From Octopus vulgaris (Eukaryota), in contig OX597825.1 of the NCBI GenBank assembly GCA_951406725.2, forward strand, positions 44,392,001 to 44,456,000: a stretch of 64,000 nt of DNA, given 5' to 3'. The notes under the pieces are model-generated. The model ran no database searches, was not told the origin of the DNA, and worked only from the letters and a program-made list of their open reading frames with translations. Position numbers and translations under genes: made by a program. Within the stretch, counting starts at the first letter, position 1; every line of letters starts with the position of its first letter. Below are positions 38,430 through 49,554 of the stretch, piece by piece.

Positions 38430-40080
38430 CCAATATACTCCGTAAATGTAAGAGGACTGTTACAAATCAGCAACAGAACTGAAATTAGCTTCCTGAGAGA
38501 TCTAGTGACATGCAACCAAGCTTTTACAAAGCGCTCACTGAAACACACTTAAAACCCGACATCGCAAATGCAGAAATACACATAACAAAGTACGTCGTAT
38601 TGCAAAGTGATACAAAAGACATGAGCCACGGTAGAGTGGCAATGTACATCCGTGAAGATCTCACGCCCCAGATCCTTTTGTCACACACAAACTCAGTGTG
38701 TAACACACTAATTGAACATACAAGCCAACTCCATGTAGTTATATTTAATACATATATCCAGATGTCCCAAATCACACGGGCCTATTCTAAGATTGCTTTG
38801 CAAGAACAGAAGAGGTCTTAACCAAAAAAGAGCATATCAGTGTACTTCTCATGGGAGACTTCAACCTGCCTAATGTGAAATGGCATGTAGGACTTTTCCT
38901 CTCAGGAATGATGCAATGTGAGCAAAGTCAGGTGGAATCCCTGCTCAACCTCACTAACAAATTATATATAGAGCACATAATACTCCAAACAACCAGGGCA
39001 AACATTGTACTTGATCTCTGCTTCACAAACAATGTGGATCTCATCTATAATGTGAAAGTAACACCGACACTAATCTCAGATCACAACATAATAGAGCTGA
39101 CTATGTATGGACTAAAGGAACCCAGAGACATGCAGCCTATGAGAAGCACCCAAGACCTATCCAATCTGAACTACACAAAGCAGACGACTGGAAATCAATT
39201 GAAAAAGAGATCATCAAACGGGACTGATCCCAATGTCTCTCTACACCTGACATAGACATGAAATTGAAAACTTTCATGTCCGTAATACAAGCCATATGCT
39301 ACGTCTTTCTCCCAAACAGAAAGGCCACGGCATATAAGAATATTATTCCCAGGGAGAAGAAAGTTCTCATGAGACGACGTAAAGAGATTGCAAACCGCCT
39401 CAACAGAGAACTCGATGACAGTAAAACTCCCCACCTGCGAACAGCACTGCTGGAGATTGAAAAACAAATGAAGCACTCTCTTGAGAAGGAAAGATCAGGC
39501 AGAAAAGCCTGGGTCATACAAAATATAAAATCAGACCCTGAAGCCTTCTTTAGGTGACTACCTCTGTGCAATGCAGGGTAGGGCCACTCCTCCAAAAATA
39601 TGGCTCCCTGACGGGAAACCCAATTAGGATAAGTGAAACACTGAATGAACAGTTCAAAAGTGTCTTCACCCCACCCTGCAGAACATGCAAGTTAACAAAC
39701 CTGTAGAAGCTGAACAGGAGACAGTAACAATTGATTGCATCAACATCAAGGAAAAGGATGTAATGCTAGAAATAGACGATATAGATGCAAACTCAGCTCC
39801 TGACCCTGAGGGATTCCCAAGTCATGCAATCAAGTCCTTACAAAACCATTGCAGCTTCTTTTGTAGAGCTTCCTCGCAAATGGTAAGCTCCCAGACAAAC
39901 TAAAGAAGGGAACAAAGCTTGAGAGACCTGCATGGCGTGGATGTAGGTCTTTTCATACAAAACTAGATCTCTTTCTGTTAAGAGTCCCAGATGAACCTAC
40001 TTCCAGGGAAGAAGCACGGATGAGGATAGCAAAGTCGAACTCCCTCATCCGCCAAGAGTCACATATCAAAGGATGTTTAG
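38430..40080 (+). mobile_element. CR1/L2-group LINE with APE endonuclease, degenerate, RT core deleted
   Basis: LTETHL, GRVAMYIR, MGDFNLP, TRANIVLDLCFTN and SDHNII. After the pre-RT APDPEG motif the sequence jumps to a C-terminal-like [12 protein letters not shown]. Confidence 0.8.
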
Positions 40081-40147
40081 TGAAAGTGCAGCAAAGTAAA
40101 GGGTGGTGCCCCAGCATGGCCGCAGTCCTTGGAGTGAAACTTATAAA

Positions 40148-40220
<73 letters not shown>

Positions 40221-40266
40221 AAGCATATATATATATTCATATAAAAGCATATATATATATATAAAA

Positions 40267-40309
<43 letters not shown>

Positions 40310-40361
40310 AAAATCCTTCACAGCCTATGTAGCAGAATGCTATATATTTGTTGGTATTAGT

Positions 40362-40947
40362 ACACAGGTGGACTGGTTTCTGGTTTGACATAAGTCTAAC
40401 ATTAATCAGCACATGTCAACCATTTAAAAAATCTTCCCAACCCGCCACGTTGAAATCTGCTGGCCCTCTAAATAGTTTTGCGCCAAATCAGAGCAGCCTC
40501 AGTGAGAAAACTTTCAATATGGAGCAAATATTGAGGAGCAAATATTTATATAAATATTATTATTGCCATTATTATCGAGGGCAATATAAATAATTGATAA
40601 TAACAGCAATAATATGTTGCAGGCTTATATAGCCATATATTTAACAGCAATAATATGTTGCATTATATAGCCATATATTTAAAATGCATATGATAAAGGC
40701 ACACGAATGTTAATGATAAGGGCACACGAATGCCTGCAAGACATAAAAGTTAAAAACTCTTTGCCCTCGATAATAATAGCAATAATAATATCTATATAAG
40801 TATTCACTCTTCAAACATTTGCTCCGTATTGAAACTTTTCAAACTGAAGCTGCTCTGATTTAGCGCAAAACAATTCAGAGGGCCTGCAGATTTCAAAGTG
40901 TCGGGTTAGGAAGATTTTTCAAATGATTGACATGTGCCGATGAAGGT
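40362..40947. mobile_element. Diverged fold-back with ~180-bp arms and degenerate HHR remnants
   Basis: 40405-40583 is an inverted match to 40761-40942. The minus strand reads catgtg-CTGATTA...GAA-ACcaGT-C-cacctg. Confidence 0.7.
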
Positions 40948-40969
40948 AAGATATGAATTTTATATATGA

Positions 40970-41014
<45 letters not shown>

Positions 41015-41017
<3 letters not shown>

Positions 41018-41170
41018 GCAGGAGTGGCTATGTGATAAGTAGCTTGCTTCCCAACCACATGGGTTGAGGTTCAGTCCCACTTCGTGGCACCTTGGGCTAC
41101 TATCTTCTAATATAGCCTCGGGCCGACCTTGTGAGTGGATTTGGTAGACAGAAATTGAAAGAAGCCCGTC

Positions 41171-41211
<41 letters not shown>

Positions 41212-41925
41212 CAATTAAGATTCAAGTAACTTCCAATGAATTTACTTGAATGTGGTACTTAACTTAGATGCACCAGAAAAACTATATGGTGTTATCCATA
41301 CAGTAATGTGGGGTGATTATAAACGAGAAAGAAGCAACAAGAATGGATTGGTTTTTAGTACAATTGTTTCATACAAAGACAGGCTTTATTACAAGTTGCA
41401 AAAATTGCAGCAGATAAAAGTGTCCCGTACTCATCAGCTAAAATACATTTGAGTTCTCTAGACATCTTAGTGGGTGAGGTTATACTCATGAGATATTGGA
41501 GATAGTTCCATTAGAGGCAGATATAGGTTGTAAACAGTTTACAACAGTTTACAACTGTTTACAACCAATATCTGCCTCTAATGGAACTATCTCCAATATC
41601 TCATGAGTATAACCTCACCCACTAAGATGTCTAGAGAACTCAAATGTATTTTAGCTGATGAGTACGGGACACTTTTATCTGCTGCAATTTTGCAACTTGT
41701 AATAAAGCCTGTCTTTGTATGAAACAATTGTACTAAAAACCAATCCATTCTTGTTGCTTCTTTCTTGTATATATATATATATATATATATATGTCGTATA
41801 TATATATATATATATATATATTTGTGTATCTGTTTGCCTCCCCAATATCGCTTGACAACCGATGGTGGTGTGTTTACGTCTCCGTCACTTAGCGGTTCGG
41901 CAAGAGACCAAGAGACCCCGATAGA
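41015..41925 (+). mobile_element. tRNA-derived SINE split at its internal (TA)n by a PLE insertion
   Basis: Head at 41015-41172 and tail at 41820-41925, both homologous to 10860-11271. Confidence 0.85.
41208..41764. mobile_element. Solo inverted pair of pLTRs from the 27314-32213 PLE, with two HHRs (41353-41443 minus, 41649-41738 plus)
   Basis: The left arm is the reverse complement of ~27358-27669. The right arm matches ~31997-32211. Confidence 0.92.
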
Positions 41926-42244
41926 GGTTGTGTTGGTGTCTTCAGTTATTGCCTCAGGCTATAGTGAGTGGATTTTGTAGATGGAAACTGAAAGCTCATC
42001 GAATGTAGATACATGTAGATATGCATGTGTTTGTGTGTCTGCTTGCCCCCCCCATCGCTTGACAACCGATGTTGGTATGTTTAAGACCCCGTAACTTAGC
42101 GGTTTATTTTATTGTTTTGTTTTCCATTTATGATTTATATTTATATATTAATAAACTGTATGTCTATTTTTTATTTATCTATTGGAATAACATTGTTATT
42201 GATATAGGTAATATAAATCAGTAAATTCTTCTGAAACATTTCTT

Positions 42245-42294
<50 letters not shown>

Positions 42295-42322
42295 CATCTA
42301 TCTATCTATACAAACAAATACA

Positions 42323-42384
<62 letters not shown>

Positions 42385-42385
<1 letters not shown>

Positions 42386-44492
42386 TTCCCTTACCATAAA
42401 CCTTCTTCTAACCTTAAATATGTCAGTATTTTCAGTAACCATGCAAAAACTATCACCGATAATCTAGTTAAAAATATATCCTTAAGACTATCAAATTTAT
42501 CTGCGAATGTCGACATTTTTAAACAAAAAGCGGAATTTTATAATACCGCCCTGTCAAAAGCCGGTTATAGGGATAAGGTATCATATATCGACCCGGCCCA
42601 TTCTAAACTAATATTTGCCTCTCAGGATAAGAAAACTAATAACAATAGAAATAATGTAATTAATGGTTTCAACCCTAGCAACGTCGACACTAATATAATT
42701 AACAAAAATAATGTACGGACCAGGGGAGGCAATCGAAAACCAACACCAATTCTACAACACAGAAATACTCCCTTTAATGTAAATGTTAGCACTCTGAGCT
42801 ATTCTAAATCCCCCAAAAACTATATCAGGTTTGTTATTCCTTTCGGGAAACAAATCAGGTCTACCCTCCCTTTACAATTCCGTGAAGCTGTAGGCAGGAA
42901 CTTTCCCAGGAATTCTAGGTATTACTCTACCATCAATTCGGATAAGGTGAGGATTGCATTTTCCAACACTAGAAACCTATCGCAGATAATTGCCTCCCAT
43001 AATAATAAGCTGTTAAATAAGGATTCATCACCCAGGAGTAGCGACACTGCCCTTACCAATTCCAACCTAACATATAATAATAGTAATAATATAAACAGTA
43101 TTGATATTAGCAACATTCATATCAGCACTGGCGTTAACAATAGTAATAATGATAATAATATTAGCCAGATTATTAACAGTGGTGGTGTTAGTGGTAACAA
43201 TAACAGCATTTCTAATAACAGTTGTATTATTGATGATAACAGTCCAGCATTCCTATAGTCAGAGAAATTGCCGACGATATTACAATTAATAGTAATGATA
43301 ATAAGATGAATAGTATCGTGACCAATGTTAGCAACAATATTTACACCTATCATAACAATAAAAACTCTGTCTTAGTATCGGATTTTAACCCCAACAGATT
43401 AAAGTTCCTATCCAAAAATTCCAAAATTAGAAACACCATTTACCAGTGCAAAATTTCTTCGGGAACCGATGTCTTCTTCTACATTGGAGCAACTTCTTCT
43501 AATTTAGCCCAAAGGATATCCAACCATTACTCAACATTCAGAGATAAGAGAAAACAACACAGCGCGGGACTAAGTAAATTAGTTTGGCGTCTGAAGGACA
43601 GCAATGCAACTTTTAAACTGGAATGGTCCATATTGTCGGTATCCTTCCCGTTTGACAAGGGCAGGAAACATTGCGGCGTCTGTAATTCCGAACTTTTTCA
43701 TATTTTGTTCGCCAAAGTCATTTTAATAAATCGTCGAGAGGTCCTACAGATGCATGCACTGGCAAAAACACACCTTTCAATCATATGAATAATGATTAAT
43801 ATAGATAGCCCCTTGAATTTTAATTAATATAACTATTTTTTATATATTTCACCCCCATAGTCAAAAAATTCTTTTTATACTTTCAAAGAACTACTACTCA
43901 ATCCAGTGAGTATGTGTTACCTTTGTTCCTATACCTCGCCCTCCTCTTTCTCTCTCCCTTTCCCTCTATCTATAGTAAGCACATTTAAACACACAGACAC
44001 AAACCGTTCACCTCAACACTGTCTGTTTTCTGGCACCCACTCATCCACAAACACAATCACGCACACACATACACACACACACACATTAATGCCGTTATAT
44101 ACAGTCACACACACAGACACTCACTCACAAAAGAAAATTCACCATTCATTTGAACTGCACCCTTTCACCTTCCTATTCTTATGCCTCTCTTCTCCTACTT
44201 CGTTTGAACCCTTGGACCTTTACAACCTTCTAGATTCTTCTACATCCAACCATTTTGACGTCACTCCTTACAAAGGAATTTTTTAAAGAGATACTCATTT
44301 TCACTATGGGCTCCGTGTGAGCAGTCATCTAAAAGTTTTTTGTGCATCTTGATGTTGACATAAGTTCCTTGCTTTTCCTGATGAGAAAGCGGCATGATAT
44401 ACTCCTTATTCCTTCGCAATTAGGAATATGCAGCCTTCGAAACATATGTCGAAAATAAAGGAATTTTGTTAATTCGTCGTTCAACTCCATTC

Positions 44493-44497
<5 letters not shown>
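42385..44497 (+). mobile_element. 5'-truncated Hydra-type PLE (thumb to GIY-YIG) in (TA)n
   Basis: SNHAK...NISLRLSNLS, YNTALSKAGY, RIAFSNTRNLSQII, IYQCKI...FYIGATS and HCGVCNSE. Related to 26261-27293. Confidence 0.88.
44373..44455 (+). ncRNA. Type I hammerhead ribozyme
   Basis: ttttc-CTGATGA-gaaagcggcat...atgcagccttc-GAA-ACatatGT-C-gaaaa. Confidence 0.85.
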
Positions 44498-44556
<59 letters not shown>

Positions 44557-44579
44557 TGTTACTTGCTTCGGTCATTTGA

Positions 44580-45025
44580 CTATTTAAGCAACTATGTCTG
44601 TCTGATGAAGCATCATTACATAATTAAATGGATTTGATTATTCTTGAAAACCAGCGTTTTATTAATGAAGCGGAAGCAGCTGTAATTTATGAGATATGTC
44701 ATTTGTTTGTATAAAATATTTAAATTGAATTTTATACAAACAAGTTTCCGCTTCGTTAACAAAACGCTGTTTTTCAAGAATAATCAAATCCATTTAAATA
44801 TGTAATGATGCTTCATCAGACGGACATATTTGCTTAAATAGTTGACGAAAAATATCAAATGAAAACATATACGAAAACGCTTTATAAGAACGAGCTTAAT
44901 CAGAAACAAGTAAATAATCCAAAACATATTTGCTTAAATAGTTGACGAAAAATATCAAATGAAAACATATACGAAAACGCTTTATAAGAACGAGCTTAAT
45001 CAGAAACAAGTAAATAATCCAAAAC
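44580..45025. repeat. Nested fold-back with CTGATGA cores plus a ~100-bp tandem duplication
   Basis: 44580-44675 is an inverted match to 44745-44841. Inner hairpin at 44703-44742. 44824-44924 is repeated at 44924-45025. Confidence 0.75.
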
Positions 45026-45215
45026 AAATTTTGTAAATTCATAAATTTAAAGCTATGAATATTCCGTTCTATAGTCGATTTATTACCACAATACACACGT
45101 TCATGTGTGCACATATTTATTTATGCTTATATATATATACACACATAACCTATCATTTATGTATGCATAGATAGACACACACGTAAGTATACACAGATGC
45201 ATATACACATACACA

Positions 45216-45256
<41 letters not shown>

Positions 45257-45391
45257 AGATGTACTCGCATAGCAAGTAATTTGATCTGAGATCGTGTGCT
45301 GAAACGAAAACAATTGCAGCGTGGAAGGTGTTTATAAGCCATTTAAGAAACACACAAAAGCCATTCGATTCACTCCAACATTTAAGTTTAA

Positions 45392-45441
45392 TTTGTCAAA
45401 ATATTTTCGTCGCTAAAATCCGCGACCTGTTCACTGACAAA
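45392..45441 (-). ncRNA. Variant (G3-C8) type I hammerhead, mirror copy
   Basis: Reverse complement of 45462-45511. Confidence 0.65.
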
Positions 45442-45461
45442 GTCAGAGATGCAGCACGGAC

Positions 45462-45511
45462 TTTGTCAGTGAACAGGTCGCGGATTTTAGCGACGAAAAT
45501 ATTTTGACAAA
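45462..45511 (+). ncRNA. Variant (G3-C8) type I hammerhead
   Basis: tttgtca-GTGAACA-g-gtcgc ggatttta gcgac-GAA-AAtaTT-T-tgacaaa. Confidence 0.65.
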
Positions 45512-45626
45512 TTAAACTTAAATGTTGGAGTGAATCGAACGGCTTTTGTGTGTTTCTTAAATGGCTTATAAACACCTTCCACGCTGCAATTGTTTATATA
45601 TATATATATATATGAATATATATTAC

Positions 45627-45783
45627 CAAAGTGGCTGTGTGGTAAGTAGCTTGCCTGCTAACCACATGGTTCCCGGTTCAGTCCCACTGCGTGGTATCTT
45701 GGGCAAGTGTATTCTACTACAGCCCCGGGCCGACTAAAGCCTTGTGAGTGGATTTGGTAGACGGAAACTGAAAGAAGCTCGTC

Positions 45784-45817
<34 letters not shown>

Positions 45818-46610
45818 TCGGGGTGAGTACTTGATAATTATAAGCACCTGTGTATACCGTTTGGTGGTGTAGGTGGTGGAGTAAATTGATCAAAATAAAA
45901 ATAAAAACATGAGGCAAAGGATTCAGCGGTACATATGTTTCGGGCCTTTATTAGACAGATTTATAACAAAGCATAATGTGTGTCTGTGGCCTTCTTCAGC
46001 CGCGCACAACAGCTTCCACAAGGACATGTGTTACATCAAAAATTCTTGGTTGGGGATGCAAATCCTCTCGTTCACGTACGACATAATGCGGCAGCAGCAT
46101 AGAATTGAAGCGTCCATCTCTTTCTTCTCTCAATGTAGAATGAGAGAAGAAGAGATGGACGCTTCAATTCTATGCTGCTGCCGCATTATGTCGTACGTGA
46201 ACGAGAGGATTTGCATCCCCAACCAAGAATTTTGATGTAACACATGTCCTTGTGGAAGCTGTTGTGCGCGGCTGAAAGAAGGCCACAGACACACATTATG
46301 CTTTGTTATAAATCTGTCTAATAAAGGCCCGAAACATATGTACCGCTGAATCCTTTGCCTCATGTTTTTATTTTTATTTTGATCAATTATATATATATAT
46401 ATATATATTTGTGTGTGTCTGTTTGTCTCCCCAACATCACTTGACAAACGATGCTGGTGTGTTTACGTCCCAGTCACTTAGCGGTTCGGCAAGAGAGACC
46501 GATAGAGTAATTACTGGGCTTCCAAAGAATAAGTCCTAGGGTCGATTTGCTCTACTACAGGCGGTGCTCCTGCATGACCACAGTCAAATTACTGAAACAA
46601 GTAAAAAAAG
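45627..46610 (+). mobile_element. tRNA-derived SINE split at its internal (TA)n by a fold-back insertion
   Basis: Head at 45627-45786 and tail at 46408-46610. Confidence 0.85.
45812..46388. mobile_element. Fold-back insertion with ~248-bp near-perfect arms and two HHRs (45926-46003 minus; ~46267-46346 plus with a 1-nt core insertion)
   Basis: 45884-46132 is an inverted match to 46141-46388. HHR: gcgg-CTGAAGA-a-ggcc...ggcc-c-GAA-ACatatGT-A-ccgc. Confidence 0.9.
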
Positions 46611-46870
46611 ACTATATCTATCTATCTGTCAAGCTATCTATCTATATACATATATATGTGTATATATATATATATGTATATATATATACATATATATCTA
46701 TTTTATATATGCATAGATATAGATGTATATATAAAAAGACTTTTATGCATATATGTATATATGTATATATATACATATACACATATGTATACCTATGTGT
46801 ATATATTCATGTAGATATATGTATATGTTGATACATATATATATTTATGTAAGTATATATATATATGCAT

Positions 46871-47616
46871 GTAATACTAAGTAATTAAGGGTTTAGCAAC
46901 GATTTGCCTCATCACACACCGAATTTAGAAATAGCAGTCAAAGAGTTATAGCTATTCTTTCTATTAAAAGGGAGATCTCAGTAAAACCACAGCACTTGAA
47001 AGGCAAACACAAACAGGCAAGAGAGAAAGAAATGACAGCAAACTATCATACAATTTTAAATCACCTACGGACGTACGTTTCGAGATTAAGTTTTAGGAAA
47101 GCATAAGAATTAGATAATTATGTCTTACCCAACTTCTTCTCTCATCAGCGTAGGACACTACAATTATGAATAATTGTATATTAAATTTCGAGATACTAGA
47201 AGGCATCATCTCAACTCAGTATCAGAGCGAGCTAAAAACCGTTACCAGTATCACTAAATTCAAAGTGTGAATGAAAGTTCGTGTCAGCAACCCCTTCCCA
47301 CCCGCGTGTAGCCAAGACAAGATGTTGCGGTCATTTACTGGGATGAAATATGGTTATCAGTAATAAAATAGGGTAAAACTAATTAATTTGGAATAATCAA
47401 TTAATTTCACCAAGTAGATTTCGGCATGTAAAAGCCTCGTTCGAGGAAAGTTTAAGTAATACTAAGTAATTAAGGGTTTAGCAACGATTTGCCTCACCAC
47501 ACACCGAATTTAGAAATAGCAGTCAAAGAGTTATAGCTATTCTTTCTACTAAAAGGGAGATCTCAGTAAAACCACAGCACTTGAAAGGCAAACACAAACA
47601 GGCAAGAGAGAAAGAA
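46871..47616 (-). mobile_element. Retrozyme-like partial tandem repeat (585-nt unit)
   Basis: 46871-47031 is directly repeated at 47456-47616. Contains an intact HHR, has no recognisable ORF and has TA-rich flanks. Confidence 0.7.
47064..47154 (-). ncRNA. Canonical type I hammerhead ribozyme
   Basis: cctacg-CTGATGA-gaga...tctc-GAA-ACgtacGT-C-cgtagg. Confidence 0.92.
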
Positions 47617-47668
47617 TGTGTATATATATATGTATGTACATATATATATAAATATATATATATATATT

Positions 47669-49503
47669 TATCAAAAGAAAAACAGGATGCAAAGGATTTA
47701 GCGGTACATATGTTTCTGGCTTTATTAGACAGTTTATATCAATGTATAATTGATGTAATATGTATGTCAATAGCCTTCCTCAGCCGCTCACAAATACAAC
47801 ACCAAAGGCATGTATTACATTATAAGTTTGGGAAAAAGACGAGTTTCGTTGGAGATGCAAATCCTCATAGTCGTATACAGCTGAGCGAGATACCAAAACC
47901 AAAACAAAGCGTCCATACAGTTTTTCACTCGATATAGAATGAGGAGGTTGGATGTTGAGATAATGAGGGAAGGAGTTGGAGGGGGTGAATCTTTAATGAG
48001 TTTGGGATCACAAAGAGGGAAAGTAGTAGGTGCAAAATGTAATAAAAGAGTAAAATTGTTTTAAAATATCAAAAAAAGTATATAAGTATATAAATATACA
48101 AAGGGTGTCGTATGTTTAGTCTAAATTTCTAGAGCTATACTGTGACAGTGTAGACGTGAAAAAACATGGAAATATAAATAAATAAAGATAAAGAAGCCAA
48201 AAAATAAAGACGAAAAATAACAATAAAAAATAAAAATAAAATATAAAGGGATAAAGAAATATAAAGGTGGACATAAAGATAAAGTAAGGTACAGAGAACA
48301 ATATATGCCGGTTAGTGAAGCTTTGGGGTGTATTGGTGGGTGTCATAAATTAAGACTTAATTATCTGGGGAGTAAGCGGATGGTCAGTATAAGTTGTCTG
48401 CTCCAAGCTGGTGTGTAGCTAAATAGTTTATCTGCTTTTTCATAAAAAATGTCAATATATACACACATACATGCATGCATATACATACACACGCACACAT
48501 ATATACATACGTACACCCGTGTGAAAGTACCGACAGGGATACACATATACATACATACCGCTACGCACAGATACCCAAACCCGCACATAACTAAATACAT
48601 ATATACTTATACACATACACACCTCTTCACACGTGCCCGTATACATATAAATGCATACACACATACATATACCGATCCCGCACATCTACACACATATACG
48701 TATATACGCACATACATTTATATCTCAATATACACATACATACAGAAAAGCAGATGGGTACGCATATACATACATGGAAAAAAGTGCATGCAGCTGGACA
48801 CGAGAACTCACGCACATACGTACATATACACACACACGTACATTCACACATACATAAGGAAGCAAATCTCTATGCATATACACATATATGCATATATGCA
48901 TATATTCATGTACACTCACACACACACACCCAAAAGAAACTAAGTAAAAATATATATACACCCGCACCCGTAGATACACCCACAGACATGTATATATACA
49001 TACGCGTACACTTCCATAGACCAACACATACAAATGCATATATATATATAATACATACACGCACATATATATACACATATACATATATATACTCATCCTT
49101 ACACCCGTACATACACATACACACATATATATGTGTATATATGCATACACATACACATGTATAAGTACATGTGTACACATACAGTGAAATCCATACACAA
49201 ACAATCACATACATACATCGACATGTATGCGTCCGTAGATGTTCATTCAAGTTCATGCGCACACACACCTGTTTATACATACATATACGCAAAGGCCCTC
49301 ACGCGTGCAAGAGTACACATAAATACATATATACGGACACACCCAGATTCAAGAACATAGGCATATGTACGTATATCCCCGCATGCACAGAAACAGGTAT
49401 ACCATTCGCATATCTACACAGTGCATGTGTATCTCTGTGCACTCGGACAAGGAGGAACTAGGAAGGCGTATACAAGTATACATACACACACACACATATA
49501 CCT

Positions 49504-49554
<51 letters not shown>

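Larger units (their letters stand above)
45254..45595. mobile_element. Fold-back insertion in (TA)n with 137-bp near-perfect arms
   Basis: 45308-45444 is the reverse complement of 45459-45595, with a one-sided extension at 45254-45307. Confidence 0.9.
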
